A DNA stretch of 49,431 nucleotides from assembly GCA_002633005.1 (NCBI GenBank), contig NMRA01000349.1:434522-483952 (forward strand). Direction: 5' to 3'. The position numbers and the translations under genes were made by a program. The DNA is from Phoronis australis. Its lineage: Eukaryota; Animalia; Phoronida. This document shows, in pieces, positions 27,101-37,959 of this stretch. Below the pieces are notes generated by a model. That model did not search any database. It was not told the origin of the DNA and saw only the letters and a program-made list of their open reading frames with translations. Each line of letters begins with the position of its first letter. The stretch's first letter is position 1.

Positions 27101-29918
27101 CGTAATTTCATGTTCTAGTTTTTCAAAAAAATTGCACACACTATTTTTGAAAATTCCCAATTACGCGCATGAAAACGATAGGGCTAGACAGAGAATATCC
27201 GAAATCGAGTTTCAAACCACGTCAGTTTTTATGTGCAGTTTACACGTGCTATTCCTTACAAAATCGTTCCAGTGATGGCAAGCAAACCCGTTGTGCAAGA
27301 GTGAAAATTATAAGGGAACTGTGTGGGGTACAGAGGCTTCCAGAAGCTTTTACTATGGGAAAGGGATGAAAGCAACGTGGAAAGATTGAAACATCGACCT
27401 GGAGAAGGCGACTCTACAGAATACTGATGTTCTGGTTAAAACGTGTTGGTCGAGTAGACGTCAATGTCTGTGTATACTGAGGTCAGATGTTGGTACCTCG
27501 TTCATCTATACTAAGTGATCTGGGATGCTGGTCTATGAGTCTTCGGGAATGTTGTCTAGCATTACACGCGAGGGTCTTGCGTCTACCAGAAAGCGCCATG
27601 TTCGTCGGTGCGATCGTCGAAATAAAAGGCGTCCACTCACCAAAGTTTCGTTTCTCACAACTGTTGCATCTTTTTATCGGCGTTTCTCCATTTCACACAA
27701 GTATTTCATTTTCATTGTCTTTAATGGAGAACACTAGACATTTAAGAAAATATACTCTTTTGTATTCTGAATTTGGCCTTCCTTACGCAAGCCTATCGGG
27801 GACAAATAGTTTAAATAGTTTCGAGCTTCCCTTACGTCCCTAGTATCCCAAAAAAGTAAAAATATGGTACTGATATGTGCCCTCAGTAACGCGGAGCATG
27901 TAACTGTCACTTACGTCGGACCATGGTATCTCATATTAGGGGCGTTGAATATTCTGGGAATTGCAAAAGTATACTAATGAGTCAAGTAGTAGCGATGTGT
28001 GGTCACTTTGATCGCTCGTGTATGTATTTACAGGAAACTGGCTTCCGCCCTACTCTACAATACAATGAGATGGACACCTTTTTGATTCCAAAGGATACAT
28101 ACATGGACGTAAAAGGAATCTTCCGAAAAGTACGTGTGACAAACAGTGTGAGCATTGTTGCATTTATGCCAAACGACGACGTATGGAGGTGGCAAGGCAT
28201 TGTTTAACTTGCGAGATCCATGCGACGGGCGTAAGCGCGTAGCATGATTATCGCCTATGGGATATTCCATTGTTTTCCTTTGTTTCGTCTTTATTAGATA
28301 CAACACTTGCTTTTCCACCATTATCTTTATTACAAAGAAAAACAAAGTGAACAATGGATAGGCCTATCTACCGATCTCCGTGCGGCGAGCTTGCGACCTA
28401 GTTTCCCATGGGCTTATAGACCGGTCCCGACGGTGCTAACAGGTCACGCGGACGGAAACCGAGGCCGAGGGAGACAAACATTGCCCTTCACCAGTCAGTG
28501 CATTATGTTCTTATACGCCCGAGGGATCGGTCTACCTTGCTTTATCACTGACATGACCACTGGTGCTTCCTTCCTTTGATTTGTTCCTCTCTTATTAGAT
28601 TAGCTTGCTCTTACTTACTTTGATGTTCTGATATAGGACGTCCGGCGGCATCATCTCATAACGGAAGTTATCTTACGACATTTCACCCAATCAGAGGACA
28701 GAAGTAGAAATAGTCGAGCATTATTTACTATCATTATTCTCTGTTGGATACTCTGTACATTCATTTTTGCATGCCCTGGGTAAAGGATAAAACTTTTTGT
28801 GACTAGTGAAAATCAGAAGTCACTGTGTCAATCAGTACACTGAGAACCCGTGACGTCACGCCCCTCGGGTTGATACGTCAGGGGACAGTCACAGTTTGCG
28901 CACTGATTTAGCAGCTTCGTAATACAATCATTGGAAACAAGTTGACTTTCAAGGTAAGCTAGGGGCCGTTTGGGTTGAGGAAAAGCATAACTGATGAAAA
29001 TTGGTCTAAAAAGAGGATTGTATTTATTAAAGAGTCGTAGTACTCAAATGGCCATATACTACAGTATAACCACGTTGTAAACAGTTTAAATGTTAAAACG
29101 AACTATTTGGATTATTACAGCATGTGTTTTGTGCTAGGAAAATATCAAATTAAATGCTCTATGTTCAAATGTCAAAATATTAATTTGTACTTGGACTGTA
29201 TTCCTTATACTTTCTTAGTTAAACTTAGGAGAAGCGTGGGAGGATGTCTACTTATTTGTGAACTCCTTAACTTTTTTGCCAGATTCAAAATCGGAATTAA
29301 AATGATTATCTGAAAAACTTGAACTGAAGAGATGTATATTCTCTTGCTTATTCCGTTATAAAGATCCGAAAATTAGATGACCTCAACTGAAATTGTTGAC
29401 AAAGATCTATCTACAATTTTTTTCTTGAAAATTTTACATGTCAAGGAAGACGACCCTTTATCTTTTTGTAAAGAGTCATCTGAGACATTTAAACACCTCT
29501 TTCGGAGTATGATTTGGTATACAAAATCTGAGTTGATCTTAACTGCGTTGTTATTGACATGTGTTATGGTTAGTGCGTCGACATCCTCTCATATAAATGA
29601 ATTTGTCTCAAAAATCCTTGTCCAATTTTTGAAGAGATAGCAATTAACAAAGCAATCGATTTGTCCATGTTCACTTGCTTGAAATGCGGGTCACTCTCAT
29701 CGTTGCTTTCGTGTACTTTCCAGGAATGGAGAGATTTGTATTCAGGATTTTCTCTGTGCAACGACGAGGAGATGGAAGCAATGTTAAAAAGAGTGTCGGC
29801 GATGCTACAGGATGGCACGTTTTACAAAGAATTTAACAAGCTAGAAGAAAATAGACGAAATGCCGGTTCATCTACAGTTCTGATATCGTACAAGCCTGAT
29901 GCCAACTCAACAAGTTGA
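21112..29918 (+). CDS. Class I SAM-dependent methyltransferase, copy 3, 285 aa (exons 21112-21228, 22974-23115, 24836-24978, 26903-27067, 28034-28129, 29724-29918)
   Basis: Exons 1-5 have the same sizes and phases as copy 2. Contains MSTFESYDCVCSSYDKGR, IHVLDAGCGTGNYS, LPFDDDTFDAV, VLHHL, RVLKPGG and ECLWWNAF; stop TGA at 29916-29918. Confidence 0.92.
23132..24190. mobile_element. Harbinger-like MITE copy A, interrupted by a foldback element
   Basis: Ends GCCGTCCACAC...GTGTGGACGGGAC|TTA; body homologous to 25559-26275. Confidence 0.6.
23502..23706. repeat. Near-perfect long inverted repeat (87-bp arms, 31-bp spacer)
   Basis: 23502-23588 is the reverse complement of 23620-23706 with one mismatch. 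A more diverged third copy lies at about 24058-24175. Confidence 0.9.
25559..26275. mobile_element. Harbinger-like MITE copy B, interrupted by a ~330-bp insertion
   Basis: Ends GCCGTCCAC...GTGGACGGGAC|TAA. AAAAATGGGGTA and GGGCGGAAGTAATT are contiguous in copy A but split here (about 25768-26101). Confidence 0.6.
25996..26028 (-). ncRNA. Degenerate minimal hammerhead ribozyme motif (Penelope-like element end)
   Basis: Minus strand reads CTGATGA-A-GATTT-tagcttt-AAATC-GAAA-C-GTT: catalytic core boxes plus a 5-bp stem II. Stem I pairs poorly. Confidence 0.4.
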
Positions 29919-30212
29919 ACATTTACTTGAACAGTGCAGACTGTGCATGGAATCATAGATTATAGACAACAGATTCGCAACTCCGACATTTTCTTGTGTA
30001 CTATTCTAGGGGAGGCGCCACTCTCCTAGGACTATAGGCGAATTATTCAGAAAGTAACAAACCAAATCCCGAGTACGACAAGAGACTTGGATGTGTTATG
30101 CTTGAATTCATAAGCTAAAGTAGTAGTAGAACCACGGGTTGCTTTGTTCTTTTTGGTTGAGAAAGCTGTCAATGTTACAAGCTACCGTTTGATAATACTT
30201 AGTTATAGTAAG

Positions 30213-31273
30213 TGTGGTGGCACTGGTGCTAGTGACGTGTTGGTGGTGGTAGGGTGGCGCTAGTAGTGATAGTGCTTGTAGGGCGGTGGTACTCGGGTAC
30301 CGTTGGTGGTGGTGATGGTGGTAGGATGGCGCAATGGAAGTGCTGGCCCGGGGGTGGTATTGGTCACTTGATGGTGGTGGTAGGCGCTGTGGCCTACGAA
30401 TGGTAGTGCTGGTAGGGCGGTGGCACTGGTACTGGTGGTGGTGGTAGGGTGGCGCTAGTATTGATACTGCTGGTAGGGCGGTGGTACTCGGGTACCGTTG
30501 GTGGTGGTGATAGTGGTAGGATGGTGCAATGGTGGTGCTGGCCCGGGGGTAATATTGATCACTTGGTGGCGGTGGTAGGGTGCCTCTAGTAATGGTAGTG
30601 CTGGTAGGGCTGTCACTGGTACTGGTGGTGGTGTTAGGGTAGCGCTAGTATTGATAGTGCTGGTTGGGTGGTGGTACTAGTACCTGGTGGTAGTGACCTG
30701 TTGTAGTGATGTTGGTGGTGGCGCTAGTTGTTATAGTGCTGCTAAGGCACGTACTGCATGGTGGTGGGGTGGTGCTAGTAATGGTAGTTCTGGTAGGGTG
30801 ATGGTACTGCTACTTTGTGGTGATGGTGGTGGTAGGGTGGCGCTAGTAATGATATTGCTACCAAGGCGGCGGTACCGGTACCTGGTAGTGGTGGTGGGTT
30901 GACGCTAGCAATGGTAGCTGCTGGTAGGGCGGTGGTACTGGTGGTAGTGTTGGTAGGGTACTCTNTAATGATAGTGCTACCAAGGCGGCGGTATCGGTAC
31001 CTGGTGGTGGTGGTAGGTTGACGCTAGCAATGGTAGCTGCTGGTAGGGCGGTGGTACTGGTGGTAGTGTTGGTAGGGTACTCTTAGTAATGGTAGTGCTT
31101 ATGTAGTAGGGTGGTGGCGCTGGTACTTTTTGGTGATGGTGGTGGTAGGGTGGCACTAGTAATGGTAGTGCTGGTATGAGGCGTTGGTACTGGTACTTTG
31201 TGGTGGTGGTGGTAGGGTGGTGCTAGTAATGGTAGAAGGCGGTGCTACTGGTGGTACTGATGGTGGTGGTAGT
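30213..31273. repeat. GGT-rich degenerate minisatellite (~60-bp unit)
   Basis: Recurring GGTGGTGGTAGGGTGGCGCTAGTAATGGTAGTGCTGGTAGGGCGGTGGTACT-like units with strong G/T strand skew; N at 30965. Confidence 0.9.
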
Positions 31274-31801
31274 GCGTTATGAGAGGTCATGTTCAAAACA
31301 GATCATTGCCAAGATAAAAATACGTGCTCGTTACCCGGCAGAGATGAAAAGGAGACCGAGGTTTGTAAGATGAGGTCATTTATCGTAATCTATTTTGCCC
31401 GGTTTACGCCAAGAGCTATGTTGCAGAGTAAAACAAGAGGAGGATTGCGAATTATGTCATATTATGACGTAAATAGATAGAACTAAATAAGACTCTGCAA
31501 GATGGGCATGGAAAAAACCCATAATGGCAATATGGGAATATGCCTACTGACATCGCCCATCCGAGGAAGCGTAACTTCCCGGGCAATAACAAGGGTAGAC
31601 TAAGATAAAATACAGGTACTAACAACGGTGTAACTGAAAACTAGAATACAAAAGTCAAGAATATAAAGAACTAGTAAATAAAAAACGTTAAGTAAAATGC
31701 AACAATGGAAGTAAAGGTAACTAGAACTAATGACCTAAAATAGCAAAGCCTGCAACAAAAGACCTGCGAACGGGAGGAGGCCGGCTGCAACAACAAACCT
31801 G

Positions 31802-31969
31802 GGGCCTGTTCCAAGAAACTGACTAAGTTCATTTTTGACCTAAGTTTAAGATTTGTCTTAACTTCTAAACTTTGAAACTTCCACATTCGGTAAGTTTGTC
31901 AAAATTAAGACAAAATTTACTAAAATTTAAGATTTGTCTTAGCTAAGTCAGTTTTGTTGGAACGGGTCC
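31802..31969. mobile_element. MITE with ~25-bp imperfect TIRs and CTG target-site duplication
   Basis: CTG|GGGCCTGTTCCAAGAAACTGACT...AGTCAGTTTTGTTGGAACGGGTCC|CTG; a second family member lies at 34515-34776. Confidence 0.7.
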
Positions 31970-32104
31970 CTGACCTGGGGGGGGGGGCTGAAACCACAGA
32001 CCCAGAGGAGTGGGAGGGGATGAAAAACAAAGTGAGAGAAATGGGGAGCTGCAACAACAGGCTCACCGGGAGTTCAGGAAGCCTGGGAAAGAGGAAAAAG
32101 CAGA

Positions 32105-32990
32105 CATGCGAATGTAGTTTTTAGTGCGTTAGATTTCCAGCGCTCCATGCTGGATCACCGGTTCAGGGACGTCAAGGCTGGCCGCTGATATGGCTGCGCC
32201 AATGCGAAAGCAATGTAACTTATAAGACTTGGTGTCAAGACCTACAAAGGAAGCCACTTTAGGTGACAACATACAAACACAAGGAATATGGATGAAACTA
32301 AAATGCACTTTGAAAAAATAATAATCTCTGGTAAGATGGGCAATGAAAAAGCGTACTGCAGATGTACGAAAAGGTGCAAAAAGTGTTGGAAAATAGTGAG
32401 TGGATAAAATTGAAACATTTGGACACGTACGACGACTGTGCAACTGACAATGAAATTGAACTGGAACATGTGAGATGCTAAACAAAAGAAAATCCCATAG
32501 ACACGTGACAATCATCAGCCTGTAAGTAAGCCTACCGGAGCGGAACAAACTCAAGGCATGTGCAAAGTCTGGGTCTGGGAATAAGCGTCATGTAGCCCTG
32601 CACAAAGAAATTAGTGGACCAGTCGGTATTAAGGAAAAAAAGAGGGGGAGGGGCTTGTAAAATAGGATGCTCACGTAAATATATGTAACGAGTGAAATAC
32701 CATTTATGATCGACATATGTCCCGAGTAAACATACGTGCGTCAGAAGCTGGGTGTTACCAGAGATTAAGGAGACCGAGATTGCCGAAATAATGTCATTTA
32801 CTATAACAAAATACAAATGCGAGGGGATGAAAATACGCTATGTAAAAATAATATTCTCTGGTTTAGTCGGCCAATAAAAACACACCAAGAGATGTTGAAG
32901 ACAGGTCATGACCATCCGCAGGGACGCACGGGAAAACAGTGGCAGAAAATTGGCGAAAGTGCAAGAGCTACGTACTTGAATGCTGACAGC
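32105..32990 (-). mobile_element. DIRS/Ngaro-type tyrosine recombinase remnant (pseudogene)
   Basis: SYKLHCFRIGAAISAA resembles HSFRIGAAT. It is followed by frameshifted ERWKSNAL and YIR (cf. GRWKS..YIR). Upstream FYIAYF and IISAIS resemble the recombinase N-terminal domain. Confidence 0.75.
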
Positions 32991-33949
32991 CGGATACCCA
33001 ATTTAAAAATAATAAATACACCATTGCGTTACTGTAGGGAATGACCCCGGCCAGGGTTTGATAGCCCTCTAACGGTAGACAAGATGATGCTTGATGCTCT
33101 TCAAAGCAATAGTTTCCCATTGCATGGTTATAACACTGAATGGAGAATTAAATAGCGGGTAGTTAGGATTATCGCACCCCCCCCCCCCCCNCCCGCGCTT
33201 TCCTCCCGGTCCTCAAAATCCTAAACTCTACGCCAAAGGTTTATACTAATAAGGTATAATGCAGCTGTTGCAGGAAGTTATATGTAACGACTGTAAATCC
33301 CTAAACAGAAGTATCCGGTGCCATATTAGTTTGGCGTGTGTTCGGATGGCAACTGACGCTCAATATATCGAAAGCGTTTTCATGATTGATAAATGTGTTG
33401 TGACGGCTGAAGTTCACACGTTACGACCTGATTGTATTAGTGACTTTTAGTTTTGTTTTATTGGTGACGTATATCTGTGACCTTCATTTTGACTCTTATC
33501 AGGTTAGCTATTAGTGTTAGCAGGAAGAGATAACCATCTCTGATCCTGGTGTTAGTTGTATTTCATAGTTTTGTTGACATCCTTCTTAACAAGGAGTTTA
33601 CTTGGAACTTGGCTGGCTTCAATCACCAAGTTTTCATTATACATAGTTAATTGAATTCCCTGTATTGTTTCACACCTCCTTTTGTCATTTGTTACATGCA
33701 TTTATGTGCATATGGATCGGAACCATAAGTACTGAAATAAACTTTCTGTGGTAGTAGTCTACCGCGTAGTCAGATACACTTTAGCTCACAACGACGTCAA
33801 ATACAGGTTCTGTTTATATCGAGACTCAGTTTTCGTCACCCATACTACTGGCGCGATAAGCTATTTCTTCACTTACTGAATTGTAAACAGTAATGTTTTC
33901 TGATTTCCTATATCCTATTCACTAGCCAGCGTCGTTCCCTAGACCCGAG

Positions 33950-35150
33950 AACCTCACGAAAATTCAAGGTCGCACTAATCTTCGTCAAAGATATCGCCAT
34001 CTATTACAAGCCCAGTTCGTAATTACGCTACTTTCTTTCGTGAGATTCTTGCCACAGCGGAGCTCAACCCTGCATGGTTGGCGCCATCCTCAGCTACGGG
34101 CGGGCCCTTGATCAGAACTGAGCCTCTGACTACTGGGCCCCCTGAGGTGAATCCAAATCCGTATGGTTGTCTGTTGGAGGTGGAAGTACGATGACGCTCT
34201 TTAATTAGGGCTTCATCTTTTGTACTAGATTGTAACAATCATTAAGATGTCTATGGTAACAATTCTCCACTACGCGATCTCCTTCGTAGCGCCCTTTTGT
34301 CTTGGCCAACTGCCTTATGCTTGATGCAAATCCCTTGCATCCGGCTGTACTTCCGCCGATAAGTTGCGCTGATTCTACCGTTTGTCGTTGCATTCCTTAA
34401 TCTTTTATTTGTATTTTGTCGATTTGCTTTCTTAGCTAGCGCCTTTACCGTATGGAAATACAGTGCTAAGTCACGATCAGGATCGGAAACGCTGTTCTAT
34501 ATGTCCCAGGACCGGGGCCAGCGTTCTAAAACCGTGGCTGACTCAGTTATAAGTTCATTTTTTTACTTAAGTCTAAGATTTGTCTCAACTTCCACACTAC
34601 TTTGAAACTTCTACATCCGGTAAGATAGTCAAAATTAACTTAAGTCAAAAACTTAAGTTAAACATAAAGATCTCTTTCTTGAAACGGTCTTGAGACAAAT
34701 TAAGTTTTATTTTAAAATTGACTGAAATTTTAGATATGTCTTAGCTAAATAAAGTCAGTTTTCTTGGAACGGGTCCCAGGTCTCCCATTTGTCGCCTTCT
34801 ACACTAGACCCAGATGTTTTCCACGTTTTTTTAATTATTTTTCTCTTCGGTCTCCTTTCTCAGTCCAACACGAGAACTACGCATCCTTCCAAAACCTTTC
34901 AACTATTTTCAGCGTCTTGTTTAAACCACTATGCTGTTGCTGATGCCTTCCATTTATTCCCTGCTGTCACCTGTACCGCCGTGTCGTTTGTTGTGTGGGA
35001 TCTTCTGCCTTCTCCTGTTTCATGGTGTTATTGCTTATTCGATGAAACTTTCTGGGTAGAGCCGTTCATTTTGAATCTTTGTATCAGGTTGTCCATCTCA
35101 GTTTCATCCAGTATAAAATACATTCCACTTTCAAACTTACAACACTAGAA
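33950..35150 (-). mobile_element. Possible highly decayed Tc1/mariner transposase remnant, split by a MITE
   Basis: Scattered ordered fragments LIQRFKMNGST, Y-KDEAL and LQQ-DNH resemble IKRFKETGS, Y.DEIL and FQQDNA. Many frameshifts; TIRs not found. Confidence 0.3.
34515..34776. mobile_element. MITE, same family as 31802-31969
   Basis: Shares internal blocks (TTTGAAACTT..ACAT.CGGTAAG) and the right end AAGTCAGTTTTCTTGGAACGGGTCC|CAG. Confidence 0.7.
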
Positions 35151-37611
35151 ATGTAAAACTTTCTTCTGTCTCATTATATCTACCTTCATTGTGAATTGTG
35201 TACACCTGAAATGAGCAAACGCTTGAATATACAATGCAGTCTCAGACAATTGTAACGCATTTTTCACAATTTTAAGTTATTTTGTATGACAGCCTACGTA
35301 CACAACGAGACTTGGTCAGTTTGATAAATCGGAATACCAGCGCTGCTGGTGCAAATCACAACACCTCTGTTGAAACTCACTTACACTTATATCTAAAACA
35401 AAGCCTCAACCTTGAATGAAAAAAATAGATCCTTAATTAAAGCGCCGTCTTCCGGTCACAAAAAAATCATTTAGACCACTTGCCATTACGAGATTGAAAT
35501 GAAATTATTCCTCAGGCCTTCTCTAAATAAGCGTGATTTCTGGGCTTGAAATGAAATGACAGTTCGTTACTGCTCGTGACAATGATTTACAAGATGGCAA
35601 ATACGGTAAGGCGGCCATGCTACCGATCATGGTCCCGAGCAATAATGAACTTTTAATTCTTTGTAATACCACAAATCACTTTTCATTTGAGGAAGAAAAA
35701 GCAACTTGAGGCCAATTTCGTAACAGTAAGTGGTCCAAACCAAACGTAATTACTTTTATCGTCGGAATTCGGGTTTGTTATGACTTTGATGTCTAGCCCC
35801 CAACAAGTTTTTCCTTGTTCCGCAAGCTGAACTCGCATACCAAAAATATTCTCATATCAGTGCTACACCGTCAAAATATGCGGCTCAGCCAAGAATGTGA
35901 AGTTAAAAACACACAATAGCATTGACCGGAATTGGAAGAATGAAAGTTTACAATTTTCAAGCTTGAAGACCGTGGAGTTTTTGTACCCGATTGACCGTAG
36001 AAGAATCCTGAATAGTATTTCTTTTGAAGATCGTTATCAGAAAAGCATTGTTCATGAAACGGGGAGTTTTCGTGCGATACCGGCTGTACGTATTAGACTT
36101 TTAGACACATTTTAGGACTTGAAGGTCCTCTTAAGTATTGGAAGTCGTAAATGGACATTCTTTGGTTTTTACATCGGATAATATAAATTTTTAAAAAACC
36201 AAAATCCGTGTCAAAATTTACATTAACACGCACAAGCTCTGAAAAGTTCTTGGGGGGAGGCCGACCAATCCCGTTCCCCTCCCTTACTTGAACATCTTTT
36301 GACTCACACGAAGCTTCCCATATATCATTGGCTCACGGTCCAGCATTTGGACGCATGCTTTCTAATTAAGGCACAACTGAAAGATTTCTCATTGTTCAAA
36401 CTGTGAAATCAACATGGATGTCCAATGTTTGAGATAACTGAGTAATATCATGGTTCAGTGCTTTCTTTTTTACATGTCTGCGCATCTAGGAAAATGGAAT
36501 AACAATTCTAATTATATTTAAATGACTTCTTTCCAATTATAAAGAAACCTCGCCGGCACGTTTATGATTACGTGTAGCCTACTACACTTAAAATGTCCGC
36601 TTACGTAGATTGAAGTGAATATTGAAAGAAATTTTTGTTTCAACTTCTGATGCTGATTGAAATTCCATTACACCAGGAAAATATTTTCCTGGTAACGTCT
36701 ATGACTTCATTCAATAAATAAATTCATCTCACTGGCTTTTGTTTACTCAAGTTCAAGTTAACACCTTCCGTCCATATGTGGGATTGTGGCAAGTTCACGT
36801 AAGCCGCGGTTGTTTCAGTGATAGGGTTGGTTACCGAAACTGCAGGCAATATACCTAATGAGAAAATTTTAGGTCCAATGTATTTTATCTTCAATATATT
36901 TTTTAGTAAAATGTTGTCACTAAGCTTTTGTTAAATTGAACAGCCGAAAACAGAATACATTACAAGTGAAACTTTTCAAGATTATGTTTGACGACGTTTT
37001 TGACCCAAAGAAAAATCAATAGTTTTAAACTAAGTACAACAAGTTCTGTGTGTAATTTCGCATACTGTGAGTCGTCACGGCTGACGACAAAGTGAACATT
37101 CCGCTGGTTGGCAACTATTTTGAGTGCAACCTTTGTGGTTCCACAAAACGACAATGAGTGTCGCGCATTGTCGTAAAGTTAACGTAAAGCAGTAGAAAAA
37201 GCGGCAAAGCAGAATGTTTTCAAAGTTGGCTAAAATGGAACATCGTAGCCTTATTCGTATTTGAAGTGCCGCGAGTAACGATTCTTTAAATAAAGGCTAA
37301 GAAATCAAGGGATGCAAATCGGTCTTCCTTGTCGATCATTAAGCTTCTCTTATTCTCACTCCAAGGTACGTAGATCAAAGCTGCATTTCGACATCTGGGC
37401 ATTCGCTAAGAAGTAAAACCCGGGCCTTGCTTAGGCTTAGCCATGGCATGGGCAACAAGTACTGAAGTAGCCCCTCAGTTGGCATTCAGTGCGATGTATT
37501 TGCCTAGTAAACCGTACGCCCAATGCAACGGGCCTAGTTACATAGTATGTACTGTTATGTGTTGAGTGTTAAAGGAGAATGCCACCCGATTTAATTAGTA
37601 TTTTTTGCCGT

Positions 37612-37959
37612 TGTTGTGAATGTTGGTTTGTGTGGTCTCGTCTTTCGTGTTGTCTTGTGTGTTCGTGTTCGTCCGTGGGTTTCCGTCAGTGGCCGGATGT
37701 TGTAAGTTCTAGTTTTGTCACGTGACTGGGGAATCGGTACCACGTGACTGTCGCTCGGTACCACCCGTGTGGTAGCGGGTAGGTCACTGAACACGGGTGT
37801 TCAGCTGTTTCGTTTATTTATTATTATATTCTTCATTTTTCATTTTTGTCTAGTAAATATAATTACCATTAGTATCATTTTTTTGGTATTGTTATTTACT
37901 ATTTCAGTCTTTTCAGACCTACATTTAATTAGTGCCACACCCTTTGTGGTACCATAACA
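37612..37959 (+). repeat. 5' LTR (348 bp)
   Basis: TG...CA ends with a 6/7 terminal inverted match; the first 124 bp recur at 40499-40622. Confidence 0.8.

Noticed and set aside
30213-31273. Possible mucin-like or Gly-rich coding exon
   Set aside because: Frequent stops and frame-breaking indels; no long ORF on either strand.
33177-33194. Poly-C tract as a regulatory G-quadruplex
   Set aside because: Contains an N; its length is unreliable and it probably marks a sequencing break.
37400-37540. Possible Helitron 3' end (GCCC...GGGC-CTAG-T)
   Set aside because: Stem is very short and no matching 5' end or second copy was found in the window.
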